Part shown: piece after piece, positions 9,497 through 19,587 of the stretch
Layout of the letters: each line of letters opens with the position of its first letter
How positions within the stretch are numbered: position 1 is the first letter of the stretch
Position numbers and translations under genes: made by a program
The notes under the pieces: generated by a model
Seen by the model: the letters and a program-made list of their open reading frames with translations, nothing else
Databases searched by the model: none
What the model was told of the DNA's origin: nothing
Source: an uncultured Bacilli bacterium
GTDB lineage: Bacteria; Bacillota_I; Bacilli_A; RF39; UBA660
Direction of reading: 5' to 3'
DNA length: 64,000 nt
NCBI GenBank assembly: GCA_944350315.1
Contig: CALVON010000022.1
Coordinates: 9,281-73,280, forward strand

Positions 9497-10750
9497 ATGA
9501 AAAAAATGTTATTAATTTTATTGATTTTATTATTATTTTTTGGAGGATATATTATATATGATTCTAAATTTAAAGATAAAATTCCTATACTTTCTATTGA
9601 GGATGAAGTTATTAATATAGATGAAATATATATATATGGAACTCATTTAAATTTACATGGTAACATAGTTGATGGCGATGATTTACAATTAGTTTTGTAT
9701 AATGGGGACTTTATTGAATTTGATATTAATGAAATTGAAGATGGTTTTAATCTTTCTGAATATGTTAATTCTGGATTGTATTTAGAAGATATTCCACGTG
9801 GAAATTATTTTATGTTTTTAAGAGACAAATTTGTAGATGATGATGGTAACGAACAGTATAAATATTATTCATTAAAGAATATTTCGGATTATAAAGAGAC
9901 TGTTTATTATACTTTTAGTAATAAAAATAATAAAATTATAATTGATAATGAAGAATCATATCCTACTATGAAAATGAACGTTTCTGAAAATACCGATGAA
10001 AATGTCTATGACATTGTTATTGATCCTGGTCATGGTGGTATTGATGGGGGAGCCGATAGATATGGATATAAAGAATCAGATTTTACATTAGATCTTTCAT
10101 TAAAAATTAAAGATATTCTTGAGGATAAGGGATTAAAAGTTAAATTAACACATGATGTTGGACAGTTATCTCAAAATGACAGACTTGAAGAATATGGTAC
10201 CCATGGAAGAGCTGTCGTTTCATATGAAGTAAAAGCAAAATACGTATTTTCTATTCATTTTAATAGCAACGTTTCTTCTTCGGTAAATGGCTTAGAAGTT
10301 TATACTGCCGATAATATAAATTATGACTTTGCAAAAAAATTAGTTGATAATATTGTTAGTTATACAGGATTAAACTATTCTTCTAATAGAATAAATAAAG
10401 TTTTTAACGGTTTATATACAAGAACTTTTACGGAAAGTGATATTGAATCTTCTATACAAGATTATCTTGATAATAACAGACAACCATATGATATATCGAC
10501 AAAATCTAACTATTATTATATTATTAGAGAAACAGGAGGAATAGTGACTGGGGCTTATGTAGACAATAGAAATGCTGATATTATAGGAAATCCATATGTA
10601 AAAAGTAATGTAGGAGCAGAAGCTTATTTAATGGAATTAGGATATATCTCTAATAAAAATGATTTGGATAATTTAATTAATAATATGGATAAATATTCAT
10701 CTAGTATTGCTGATAGTATTCTTTTATTAAATGTTGATTATAATGTGTAA
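9497..10750 (+). CDS. N-acetylmuramoyl-L-alanine amidase (Amidase_3 family), membrane anchored
   Basis: N-terminal TM helix. The C-terminal half has DPGHGGIDGGA and the later Amidase_3-like region. Start at the ATG after GGAGG. Confidence 0.75.
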   Translation: MKKMLLILLILLLFFGGYIIYDSKFKDKIPILSIEDEVINIDEIYIYGTHLNLHGNIVDGDDLQLVLYNGDFIEFDINEIEDGFNLSEYVNSGLYLEDIPRGNYFMFLRDKFVDDDGNEQYKYYSLKNISDYKETVYYTFSNKNNKIIIDNEESYPTMKMNVSENTDENVYDIVIDPGHGGIDGGADRYGYKESDFTLDLSLKIKDILEDKGLKVKLTHDVGQLSQNDRLEEYGTHGRAVVSYEVKAKYVFSIHFNSNVSSSVNGLEVYTADNINYDFAKKLVDNIVSYTGLNYSSNRINKVFNGLYTRTFTESDIESSIQDYLDNNRQPYDISTKSNYYYIIRETGGIVTGAYVDNRNADIIGNPYVKSNVGAEAYLMELGYISNKNDLDNLINNMDKYSSSIADSILLLNVDYNV

Positions 10751-10800
10751 AATTTATGTTAAATATCTAAAAAAAATCAAATTTATTTTTGATTTTTTTA

Positions 10801-10950
10801 TTTTTAGTCTTTTTTTACTTTTTTTTAAATTTAATTATCATTTTTTTACTTTTTGCTCCTTTTTTATTTTTTTATAATTATTTTTTTTATTTTTTGTATT
10901 TTGAATAAATCTTTTTTTCATTTTTGTAATTTGATATTATTTTTTTATTA
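10801..10950 (+). other. Helically phased T-tract (intrinsically curved DNA) region upstream of ssb
   Basis: T5-T8 runs start at about 10801, 10810, 10819, 10841, 10850, 10860, 10881, 10890, 10899, 10912 and 10921, mostly 9-10 bp apart. TTTTTTTACTTTT occurs twice, 31 bp apart. Confidence 0.5.
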
Positions 10951-10982
10951 TGTTATTTTTTGTTTGGAAAGGAGGTATATTT

Positions 10983-11384
10983 ATGGTTAATCAAATTATT
11001 TTAGTTGGTAGATTAGTTAAAAATCCCACTCTAGAATTAACAGAAAATGGAAAAAAAATCAGTGTTATTACTCTTGCTGTTCCTAGATCTTATAAAAATG
11101 TTAATGGAGAATATGATACTGATTTTCTAGATTGTACATTATGGACAGGAATTGCTGAAAGTACAAGTGAATATTGCAAGACCGGAGATATTATCGGCGT
11201 AAAGGGAAGGCTTCAATCAAGATTAATTGAAAAAGATGATGGGGCAAAAGTTAAAAAGATGGAAATCGTTGCAGAAAAAGTTAGTTTTCTATCATCTGCA
11301 AAAAATGCAAAAAATAATTTAGATGAAAGTAATAATAGTGATAATAAAGAAGAAAATAATAAAAAAGAAAAAAAGAAAAATTAA
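10983..11384 (+). CDS. ssb: Single-stranded DNA-binding protein paralog without the acidic C-terminal tip
   Basis: OB-fold N-terminus (MVNQIILVGRLVKNPTL...). The C-terminus ends ...NKEENNKKEKKKN instead of D-D-D-(I/L)-P-F. Start at the ATG after GGAAAGGAGG. Not flanked by rpsF/rpsR. Confidence 0.85.
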   Translation: MVNQIILVGRLVKNPTLELTENGKKISVITLAVPRSYKNVNGEYDTDFLDCTLWTGIAESTSEYCKTGDIIGVKGRLQSRLIEKDDGAKVKKMEIVAEKVSFLSSAKNAKNNLDESNNSDNKEENNKKEKKKN

Positions 11385-11438
11385 TACTTTTGATTTTAAT
11401 TTTTTTGTAGTAAAATTATGTAGGAAGGATAAAGGAGT

Positions 11439-11795
11439 ATGTTTTTAGGTTTTAGATTAAAAGAATTAAGAAAAGAAAAAAAAATGAGTCAATCTGAGTT
11501 AGGAAAATTACTTGGGGTTTCTAAAGTTTCTGTTTCAGGGTATGAAAATGGGACAAGGGTTCCTAGTATGGAAATTCTTCTAATGATATTAGATGTTTTT
11601 AATGTTTCGGCAGACTTTTTACTTGGAAGAGAATTGACAGCTGTTTGCGAAGATGATTTGAATCTTTCTGTAGTTTTGGCATTAGCAGATATTGAAATTA
11701 TTAGAGAAATTAGGAGTAAACCGGCATTATATAACGTTGTTGCTGCAAATCCTAAAAGATTTTTTTCGACTTTTAATAAAAAGAGGCTTTATTAA
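11439..11795 (+). CDS. XRE-family helix-turn-helix transcriptional regulator
   Basis: N-terminal HTH_XRE pattern (LKELRKEKKMSQSELGKLLGVSKVSVSGYENG). Confidence 0.75.
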   Translation: MFLGFRLKELRKEKKMSQSELGKLLGVSKVSVSGYENGTRVPSMEILLMILDVFNVSADFLLGRELTAVCEDDLNLSVVLALADIEIIREIRSKPALYNVVAANPKRFFSTFNKKRLY

Positions 11796-11837
11796 TTTTA
11801 TTTTATGGTATAATATTTTTATGAAAGAGGGAATACC

Positions 11838-13208
11838 ATGATAGATGTAAATAATTTATTTAAAGATGACTATATTAATAAAGAGGTTGTTGTATGTGGT
11901 TGGATTAGAAACCATCGTAGGCAAAAAGATTTTGGTTTTATTGATTTTAATGATGGAACCTGTTTTAAAAATTTGCAGATTGTATATGATAAAAATTTAA
12001 ATGATTTTGAAAAGATTCAAAAGTTACATATCGGTAGTTCAATTAAGGTGAAGGGAAAAATTATTAAATCAGAAGGTTCTGGTCAGGAAATAGAGATGAA
12101 ACTATTAGATTATACTTTGTTAGGTGATTGTCCAGAAGATTATCCTATTCAACCTAAAAGACATACTAGAGAATTTTTAAGAGAGCAAGCTTATCTTCGA
12201 ACTAGAACTAATTTATTTGGTGCTGTTTTTAGGGTTAGAAGTATAGCGGCATATGCTATCCATAAATTTTTTCAAGATAGAGGTTATGTTTATTTTCATG
12301 CTCCTATTATAACTGCTAGTGATTGTGAAGGAGCTGGAGAGATGTTTCAAATTACTACTTTGGATATGGATAGAATTGCAAAAGATGGCAAAGTGGATTA
12401 TACAAAAGATTTTTTTGGAAAAAAAGCTTCACTTACTGTCAGCGGACAACTGCAAGCAGAGACGTTTGCACTATCATATAAAAAGGTGTATACTTTTGGA
12501 CCTACTTTTAGGGCAGAAAATTCAAATACAAAAACACATGCTTCTGAATTTTGGATGATTGAACCGGAAATTGCTTTTTGTGATTTAGATGGTGACATGG
12601 ATATTATGGAGGATATGTTAAAGTTTGTTGTAAAATATGTTTTAGATAATTGCCCTCAAGAAATGGAATTTTTTGATAAATATGTAGAGAATGGCTTATT
12701 AAAAAAGCTTAATAAGCTTATTAACAGTAAGTTTGTAAGAGTAGATCACGAGGAAGTTATTTCTATTTTGAAAAAAGCAAATGTTAACTGGGAATTTAAG
12801 CCTGAATATGGTGAAGATATTGCTAGAGAACATGAAAAGTATATTACAGAATATTTTGATGGACCAGTATTTATAAAAAATTGGCCTAAGGATATTAAAG
12901 CTTTTTATATGAAACAAAATGATGATGGAAAAACAGTAGCAGCTGTTGATTTAGAAGTTCCTGGTGCTGGCGAATTGATGGGTGGAAGTCAAAGGGAAGA
13001 AAATTATGAAAAACTTCTTACTAGAATTAACGAATTAAATATGGATCCAGCAGATTTTGATTGGTATTTAAATTTAAGAAAATTTGGAGGTTGTATTCAT
13101 TCTGGGTTTGGTATGGGTTTTGAGAGATTACTAATATATTTGACTGGTGTTGATAATATTAGAGACGTAATTCCTTATCCAAGAACACCTGGAAATTGCG
13201 ATTATTAA
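11838..13208 (+). CDS. asnS: Asparagine--tRNA ligase
   Basis: 456-aa class IIb aaRS with an N-terminal OB domain and C-terminal GGCIHSGFGMGFERL... typical of AsnS. Length fits AsnS better than AspS. Confidence 0.85.
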   Translation: MIDVNNLFKDDYINKEVVVCGWIRNHRRQKDFGFIDFNDGTCFKNLQIVYDKNLNDFEKIQKLHIGSSIKVKGKIIKSEGSGQEIEMKLLDYTLLGDCPEDYPIQPKRHTREFLREQAYLRTRTNLFGAVFRVRSIAAYAIHKFFQDRGYVYFHAPIITASDCEGAGEMFQITTLDMDRIAKDGKVDYTKDFFGKKASLTVSGQLQAETFALSYKKVYTFGPTFRAENSNTKTHASEFWMIEPEIAFCDLDGDMDIMEDMLKFVVKYVLDNCPQEMEFFDKYVENGLLKKLNKLINSKFVRVDHEEVISILKKANVNWEFKPEYGEDIAREHEKYITEYFDGPVFIKNWPKDIKAFYMKQNDDGKTVAAVDLEVPGAGELMGGSQREENYEKLLTRINELNMDPADFDWYLNLRKFGGCIHSGFGMGFERLLIYLTGVDNIRDVIPYPRTPGNCDY

Positions 13209-13239
13209 AAAAAATAGAATTTATTTTCTATTTTTTTTT
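13207..13239 (+). terminator. Rho-independent terminator of asnS
   Basis: AAAATAGAA-TTTATT-TTCTATTTT hairpin followed by a T run. Confidence 0.55.
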
Positions 13240-13300
13240 CAAAAATTACCAATTATTTTTTTATTTTTTCTGTTTATAATACTAACAAAAGGAGGTAGAA

Positions 13301-13879
13301 ATGAAAAAATTTATTATTTTATCTATAGTTAGTATTTTATTACTTACTGGTTGCGGTGAAAATATGACCGAAACAATGAGTTGTACTCATGAAAATGAGA
13401 CTGACAATCTTACAGCAAAGATAAAATATGATATCGATTATCAAGATAAAACAGTTAAAAAAGTCAGAATTACATATGATTATGTTCAAAAAAATAATGA
13501 CAATGATAGTGAGCCAAAAAATACTGATGGAATAGACACAGGAACTGATGGCACAACAGAGGATACTCAACCAGATGATGATGGAATTATTGATGGTATT
13601 GTTGGTAGTGCTATTGATCAAATTGTTGGTGATGTTACTGATACAATAATAGATATTGCTGGACTTAAGGATAGACACAGTACTGTTCAAAATAATTACA
13701 ATAATATTAATGGCTTTTCAGTTCAAAATACTACAGATACTGATAATAATTATAAAGTAACTTATGTTATTGATTATGATGTTATTAGTGATGATGATTT
13801 AAAAACATTGAACTTATCTAGAGATATTGATGTTTTAAGAGATAATTATATTTCACAAGGATTTTCTTGTAGTAAATAA
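13301..13879 (+). CDS. Putative lipoprotein (YehR/DUF1307-like) with an acidic D/T/G-rich insert
   Basis: Signal peptide with lipobox LLTGC. The family call is a weak by-eye impression only. Confidence 0.5.
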   Translation: MKKFIILSIVSILLLTGCGENMTETMSCTHENETDNLTAKIKYDIDYQDKTVKKVRITYDYVQKNNDNDSEPKNTDGIDTGTDGTTEDTQPDDDGIIDGIVGSAIDQIVGDVTDTIIDIAGLKDRHSTVQNNYNNINGFSVQNTTDTDNNYKVTYVIDYDVISDDDLKTLNLSRDIDVLRDNYISQGFSCSK

Positions 13880-13958
13880 TATCTCTTTTTTAATTAATTT
13901 TTTTATTGAGTTATCTATTTATTTGTTATATAATAAAAATGAATAGAGGTGTTTTTTA

Positions 13959-16900
13959 ATGGATAAATTTAAAACAATGGATGCTAATGAAGCTGTTAGT
14001 AGTGTCGCTTACAAATTTTCTGAGATTTGTGGAATATATCCTATTACTCCCGCTTCTCCTATGGCAGAAAAAGTAGATTTATTATCCAATTCAGGTGAAG
14101 TAAATTTTTGGAATAACAAAGTTAAAGTTATTGAAATGCAATCTGAAGCTGGTGCGGCTGCCTTAGTACATGGAACTTTACAATCTGGGGTATTAGCATC
14201 AACATTTACGGCAAGTCAAGGTCTTCTTTTGATGATTCCGACTCTTTATAAAATGGCTGGAGAAATGTTGCCTGCTGTCTTGCACGTGGCAGCAAGAAGC
14301 CTTGCTACACATGCTCTTTCTATATTTGGTGATCACCAAGATATATATGCTATTAGGTCTACTGGAGTATGTATGTTATGTTCTGCCAATCCTCAGGATG
14401 CATATAATATGGCTGCTATAGCACATTTATCAGCAATAGAATCTTCATTGCCATTTGTTAACTTTTTTGATGGTTTTAGAACTAGTCATGAAATTGATAA
14501 AATTAAATTAATGGATTTTGAAAAAATTAAAAATTTAATTAATCAAGATGCTTTAAATGACTTTAGGAATAGAGCAATGAATAACGAATCCTTTAATACC
14601 AGAGGTACAGCTCAGAATGATGATATATATTTTCAAAATACTGAAGTTAGAAATAAATATTATACTAATAGTATTGACATTGTATGTAATTATATGAATA
14701 AAATAAATAAAATTACCGGTTCTAATTTTAAACCATTTAATTACTATGGGGATAGTAATGCTGAATATGTGATTGTTGCTATGGGCAGCGTTTGTGATAC
14801 GGTTAGAGAGACTGTTGACTATTTAAATGGTACCGGCTGTAAATATGGATTAGTAGAGGTTCATTTATACAGACCATTTAGTAATAAGCATTTAATAGAT
14901 GTTGTTCCTAATAGCGTTAAAAAAATTGCTGTTTTAGATAGGACAAAAGATGCAACTGCTAGTGGAGAACCTTTATATTTAGATGTAGTATCTGCTTTTG
15001 CTAATTCTAATATTAAAATTTACGGTGGAAGGTATGGTCTTTCTTCTAAAGATACTAATCCTTCGCAAATTAAAGCAGTTTTTGATTTTTTAAAAAGCAA
15101 TCATGTTCATCATAATTTTACAATAGGGATTAATGATGATGTGACTAATTTGTCTTTAGAAGTAGATAATAATTTTTATATTCCTAATGATATGACAGAG
15201 TTTTTAATTTACGGATATGGTTCTGATGGTATGGTATCAACATCTAAAGATATGATAAAGATAATAGGAGATCATACAGAAAAATATGTTCAGGGATATT
15301 TCCAGTATGATTCTAAAAAATCTGGTGGAGTAACACGAAGTCATATAAGAATTTCTAATTGTGAAATTAGAAGTCCATATTATGTTAATAATCCTTCTTT
15401 AATTGTTGTATCTAAGGAAGAATATATTTATAAATATGACATAGTTGATAAACTTATTGATGGGGGAACTTTGCTTTTAAATACAAAATTAGAAAAAGAA
15501 AAGTTAATTAATAGTCTACCTAATAAAGTTAAGTATTTATTAGCAAAGAAAAAAATTAATTTTTATATAATAGATGCTTATAAATTAGTTAATGAATTAG
15601 GACTTAAAAATAAGATTAGCACATGTATGGAAATTTGTATTTTTGATATTATTAAAATTATGGATATTGATGTAGTTAAAAAGATAATGAAAGATTCTAA
15701 CATTAAGCGATTTGCTAGCAAAGGTGAGGATATTATTGATATTAATAATAGAATTGTTGATGAATCTTTAGCTTGGATAAATAAAATTGATATTGATGAT
15801 AGTTGGATTAATTTGAGTTATCAGGAAAAAGAAAATATAAGCTTTGACGAAATGATTGGTCTTCTTCGTGGAAATGATCTACCTGTAAGTTCATTTATTG
15901 ATAAAAAGAGTGGAATTTATCCTGGTGGAAGTACAAAGTTAGAAAAAAGAGATATTGCAGAAAATGTTCCTTGTTGGGAAAAAGATAATTGTATCCAATG
16001 TAATCAGTGTGTATTCGTATGTCCTCATGCGGTAATTAGACCTTATTTGCTTGATAAAGATGATAATTACGATAATTGTTCTCCTAGCATATTTCCTAAA
16101 GATAAGAAATATGCAATTGGAATTAGCTATGAGGATTGTACTGGTTGTGGCCTATGTGCTGATATTTGCCCTGGTAAGGCAGGAAATAAAGCTTTAAAAA
16201 TGCAAAAATATGATAGAAATATTTTTAATAATAATGATTATAATTATTTGAATAATCATAATGTTAAATATGAAAATAATATTTTAAATGTAAAAAATAT
16301 TGGTTTTAAAGAACCAAAGTTTGAATATTCTGGTGCGTGTGCTGGATGCGGAGAAACGGCATATATCAAGAATTTGACGCAGTTATTTAATGATAACTTA
16401 ATTATTGCGAATGCAACTGGTTGTTCTTCAATATACGGCGCAAGCGCTCCATCTACTCCTTATTCAGTGCCATGGGCAAATAGCTTATTTGAAGATAATG
16501 CTGAATTTGGATTAGGTATAAAACAAGGAATAAATATTAAACGTGAAAAGATTAAAAAATATATGGAAAATAATGAATGTGAGCTTTTTAGAAAATGGCT
16601 AGACAACATTAATGACTATAAAGTATGTAAAGATGTATATGAACAAATTGATTTTAAAGAGCATCCTTATTTATTAGAGCTTAAGGATTATATTATTCCA
16701 AAATCAATGTGGATTATTGGTGGGGATGGTTTTGCTTATGATATTGGTTATGGTGGATTAGATCATGTCTTATCTACCAACGAAAATATTAATATACTAA
16801 TTTTGGATACTGAAGTCTACTCTAATACTGGTGGTCAATCTTCAAAATCCAGCAATATTGGGTCAATTGCTTCATTTACTGCTGGTGGCAAAACTAATTA

Positions 16901-17327
16901 TAAAAAGGATTTAGCAAAAATTGCAATGTGTTATCCTCATGTTTATGTTGCTTGTGTAAATATTGGATATAATAAGGAACAATATTTGAAGGCATTGCAA
17001 GAAGCAAATGCACATGATGGCCCTTCTATTATCATTGCTTATGCACCATGTATTGAGCACGGTATAAAAAAAGGAATGGATCATAGTTTGGATGATAGTT
17101 ATTTAGCTTCTAAATGCGGATATTTTTTGACTTTTAGATTTAATCCAGATACAAATCAATTTTCTTTAGATTCAAAAGATGTAGATTTTGATAAATATGA
17201 TGAATTTTTAGAAAATGAAAATAGATATGCAAATTTAAAGAAAGTCAATCCAAGTGAGGCAAGTATTCTTTTAAGTAAACAAAAAGAATGGGCAAAAAAT
17301 AGATTTGACTATTATAGTAAACTTTAA
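13959..17327 (+). CDS. nifJ: Pyruvate:ferredoxin (flavodoxin) oxidoreductase
   Basis: 1122-aa single-chain PFOR. Two 4Fe-4S ferredoxin motifs (CIQCNQCVFVCPH, CTGCGLCADICP) and the TPP-binding region GGDGFAYDIG. Confidence 0.95.
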   Translation: MDKFKTMDANEAVSSVAYKFSEICGIYPITPASPMAEKVDLLSNSGEVNFWNNKVKVIEMQSEAGAAALVHGTLQSGVLASTFTASQGLLLMIPTLYKMAGEMLPAVLHVAARSLATHALSIFGDHQDIYAIRSTGVCMLCSANPQDAYNMAAIAHLSAIESSLPFVNFFDGFRTSHEIDKIKLMDFEKIKNLINQDALNDFRNRAMNNESFNTRGTAQNDDIYFQNTEVRNKYYTNSIDIVCNYMNKINKITGSNFKPFNYYGDSNAEYVIVAMGSVCDTVRETVDYLNGTGCKYGLVEVHLYRPFSNKHLIDVVPNSVKKIAVLDRTKDATASGEPLYLDVVSAFANSNIKIYGGRYGLSSKDTNPSQIKAVFDFLKSNHVHHNFTIGINDDVTNLSLEVDNNFYIPNDMTEFLIYGYGSDGMVSTSKDMIKIIGDHTEKYVQGYFQYDSKKSGGVTRSHIRISNCEIRSPYYVNNPSLIVVSKEEYIYKYDIVDKLIDGGTLLLNTKLEKEKLINSLPNKVKYLLAKKKINFYIIDAYKLVNELGLKNKISTCMEICIFDIIKIMDIDVVKKIMKDSNIKRFASKGEDIIDINNRIVDESLAWINKIDIDDSWINLSYQEKENISFDEMIGLLRGNDLPVSSFIDKKSGIYPGGSTKLEKRDIAENVPCWEKDNCIQCNQCVFVCPHAVIRPYLLDKDDNYDNCSPSIFPKDKKYAIGISYEDCTGCGLCADICPGKAGNKALKMQKYDRNIFNNNDYNYLNNHNVKYENNILNVKNIGFKEPKFEYSGACAGCGETAYIKNLTQLFNDNLIIANATGCSSIYGASAPSTPYSVPWANSLFEDNAEFGLGIKQGINIKREKIKKYMENNECELFRKWLDNINDYKVCKDVYEQIDFKEHPYLLELKDYIIPKSMWIIGGDGFAYDIGYGGLDHVLSTNENINILILDTEVYSNTGGQSSKSSNIGSIASFTAGGKTNYKKDLAKIAMCYPHVYVACVNIGYNKEQYLKALQEANAHDGPSIIIAYAPCIEHGIKKGMDHSLDDSYLASKCGYFLTFRFNPDTNQFSLDSKDVDFDKYDEFLENENRYANLKKVNPSEASILLSKQKEWAKNRFDYYSKL

Positions 17328-17394
17328 AAAAAATGTATAATTATTTTAATACAGGCAATAATAATAATGTCATACGATATGTATGGCTTTAGGT

Positions 17395-17440
17395 AAGTCA
17401 GATTAGTACTGTTTTATACTAGTTACTTTTCTGGCTTTTT
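17395..17440 (+). terminator. Probable terminator after PFOR
   Basis: Outer stem AAGTCAGA/TTCTGGCTT (one G-U pair) encloses an inner TAGTA/TACTA stem, followed by T5. A second small hairpin lies at 17369-17387. Confidence 0.45.
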
Positions 17441-17518
17441 ATTATGTAAATTAATTACCATCTGTTAAATAAATTGTAAATTTTATTTTTATATGATAGA
17501 ATTGTTTTGGAGGAAAAA

Positions 17519-17911
17519 ATGGATGTTAAAACTATAAATATCGTTTCTTTGGCGTATTTAGGAGATGCTGTTTATGAGGTGTATGTAAGAGAGTATTTAA
17601 TACGTCGTGGTGTTGCATATGTGGAAGATTTACAAAAGAATGCTGTTAAGTTTGTTTCTGCTAAAAGTCAATCTAAAATTTTAAATTTTTTAATTGATAG
17701 AAATTTCTTTAATCAAGAAGAAATTGATATTATAAAAAGAGGAAGAAATTACAAAAGAAGCAGCCATCCTAAAAACACAGATTTAATTACTTATAAGAAT
17801 TCTACAGGTTTTGAGGCTTTAATTGGTTATCTATATTTAGAGAATAATAAAAAAAGAATTATAGAAATTTTTAATTATATTTTGGAGGAGATTTATGAAA
17901 AAAATTGTTAG
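17519..17911 (+). CDS. mrnC: Mini-ribonuclease 3 (Mini-III)
   Basis: LAYLGDAVYEVYVREYL motif. Start at the ATG after GGAGG. Synteny with rlmB and sigH as in B. subtilis yazC-yacO-sigH. Confidence 0.85.
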   Translation: MDVKTINIVSLAYLGDAVYEVYVREYLIRRGVAYVEDLQKNAVKFVSAKSQSKILNFLIDRNFFNQEEIDIIKRGRNYKRSSHPKNTDLITYKNSTGFEALIGYLYLENNKKRIIEIFNYILEEIYEKNC

Positions 17912-18251
17912 TTTTTTATTTATTTGTTTATTTTTTACTGCTTGTGGGAAAAATTTTACTACTATTGACGCTAATAAAGCAGTAGAGCTTATGGAAAGTG
18001 AAAACGTTGTTGTCATCGATGTAAGGGATAAAGAAGAATATAATAGTGGACATATTGCTAATGCTATTAATATTCCTCTTGATGATATTAATAGTATTAA
18101 TTATGATAAGGAGACAATTATTATTTTATATTGTAACACTAGTATAAGAAGCTCCGAAGCAGCATCTGAACTTGTTAGCCTTGGGTATTCTAATATTTAT
18201 AATCTAGATGGGGGATTATTAAATTGGGGTTTTGAGTTGGAGGAAGAATAA
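17895..18251 (+). CDS. Rhodanese-domain lipoprotein
   Basis: Lipobox FFTAC. Rhodanese fold with active-site loop CNTSIRS. Confidence 0.75.
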   Translation: MKKIVSFLFICLFFTACGKNFTTIDANKAVELMESENVVVIDVRDKEEYNSGHIANAINIPLDDINSINYDKETIIILYCNTSIRSSEAASELVSLGYSNIYNLDGGLLNWGFELEEE

Positions 18252-18952
18252 TGTATATATATGGTAAAAATGTAGCTGTAGAAAAGCTAAAGAGCAATGA
18301 GAGAATTAATAAGATTTATTTGACAAAAAACTTTAAAGATATAGAAATTATGAACTTAATAAAAAACAAAAAGATAATATATTCTTTTGTAGATAATAAA
18401 TTTATTAATGACAGAGTTTCTGGAAATCATCAGGGAATTTTATTGGACGTAGATGACGTAGAGACTTTTGATATTAGTTACATAGATAATATTAAGTCAA
18501 AATTACCATTGTTAGTAATGCTTGATCATATAGAAGATCCTCATAACTTTGGAGCAATAATTAGGACTTCTGAAGCTTTGGGAGTAGATGCTATTATTAT
18601 TCCAAACGATAGAAGTGTCGGCATAAACTCTACTGTTGTAAAAACGAGTGCTGGGGCAATTTATAACATGCCTATAATTAGAGTAGCTAATCTAACCTCA
18701 GCAATCAATAAATTAAAAAATAATGGTTATTGGATAGTTGGCAGTGATATGGATGGAATTGAGTATACAAATGTTGATTACAAAATACCAATATGTTTGG
18801 TAATTGGAAATGAAGGACATGGTATGAGTAAAGTAGTTAGTAATAATTGTGATTATATTGTAAAAATACCGATGATAGGAAATATTAATAGCTTAAATGC
18901 ATCAGTTTCTTGTGGAATTTTATTAGCACAGATTGTGAATTCTAGAAGGTAA
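18251..18952 (+). CDS. rlmB: 23S rRNA (guanosine-2'-O)-methyltransferase RlmB/YacO (SpoU/TrmH family)
   Basis: SpoU motifs (HIEDPHNFGAIIRT, VIGNEGHGMS, SLNASVS). Syntenic with yacO. Confidence 0.85.
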   Translation: MYIYGKNVAVEKLKSNERINKIYLTKNFKDIEIMNLIKNKKIIYSFVDNKFINDRVSGNHQGILLDVDDVETFDISYIDNIKSKLPLLVMLDHIEDPHNFGAIIRTSEALGVDAIIIPNDRSVGINSTVVKTSAGAIYNMPIIRVANLTSAINKLKNNGYWIVGSDMDGIEYTNVDYKIPICLVIGNEGHGMSKVVSNNCDYIVKIPMIGNINSLNASVSCGILLAQIVNSRR

Positions 18953-18954
18953 TT

Positions 18955-19533
18955 ATGGAAAATAACGATTATGAACTTGTTTCGTTAGCCCAAGAAAATA
19001 ATGAAGAAGCAATTAAAATTCTTTATCAAAAATATAAACCAATTATTATTAAGAAAAGCGAACATGCTATTTTATATTTATCTCACCATGGAATTGAAAT
19101 TAATGATATTATGCAAGAGGGTTTTATTGCATTAGATGAAGCAATAAAGAAATTTTCACAAGATGATACGGCATCTTTTTATACTTTTGCTACTTTATGT
19201 ATCAGTAGAAAAATTTCAACATATATCAAAAGAATGCAGGGAAAAAATAAAATATTAAATGATGCTATTACAATAGACGAGGGAATAGAAAATTTGTTAA
19301 AAGACAGTTTTAATGTAGAGACTAGTGTTATTTCTAATAACGAAGAATTTTATCTTTTAAATAAAATACAGCAGACATTAACTAGTTTTGAAAAGGATGT
19401 TTTCAATTTAAAAATTAAGGGGTATTCTTTTGAAGAAATTGCTAATACTTTAAATAAAGAAACTAAAGCAATTTACAATAGTTTTCATAGAATTAAACAA
19501 AAGATTAAAAAGATTGTCGATAATGATAACTAA
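18955..19533 (+). CDS. sigH: Sigma-70 family sigma factor, SigH-like by synteny
   Basis: Region 2 (DIMQEGFIALDEAIKKF) and region 4 HTH (KGYSFEEIANTLNKETKAIYNSFHRIKQKI). Position after mrnC-rlmB matches B. subtilis sigH. The yacP homolog is absent. Confidence 0.65.
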   Translation: MENNDYELVSLAQENNEEAIKILYQKYKPIIIKKSEHAILYLSHHGIEINDIMQEGFIALDEAIKKFSQDDTASFYTFATLCISRKISTYIKRMQGKNKILNDAITIDEGIENLLKDSFNVETSVISNNEEFYLLNKIQQTLTSFEKDVFNLKIKGYSFEEIANTLNKETKAIYNSFHRIKQKIKKIVDNDN

Positions 19534-19587
19534 TTTTGGTTGTCTTTTTTTACAAATATAGTATAATATTTATTTGGATGTGATGAT

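Noticed and set aside
9790-9805. parS-like sequence TATTCCACGTGGAAAT inside the amidase gene
   Set aside because: It matches the local parS at only 13 of 16 positions. The outer G/C pair (positions 2 and 15) and the symmetric flanks are lost. It is probably a chance TTCCACGTGGAA palindrome in coding sequence, and at best a weak or decayed site.
10771-10800. Hairpin AAAAATCAA-N8-TTGATTTTT after the amidase gene as a terminator
   Set aside because: The stem has a single G-C pair. It is too weak to call confidently, although it may still function in this AT-rich background.
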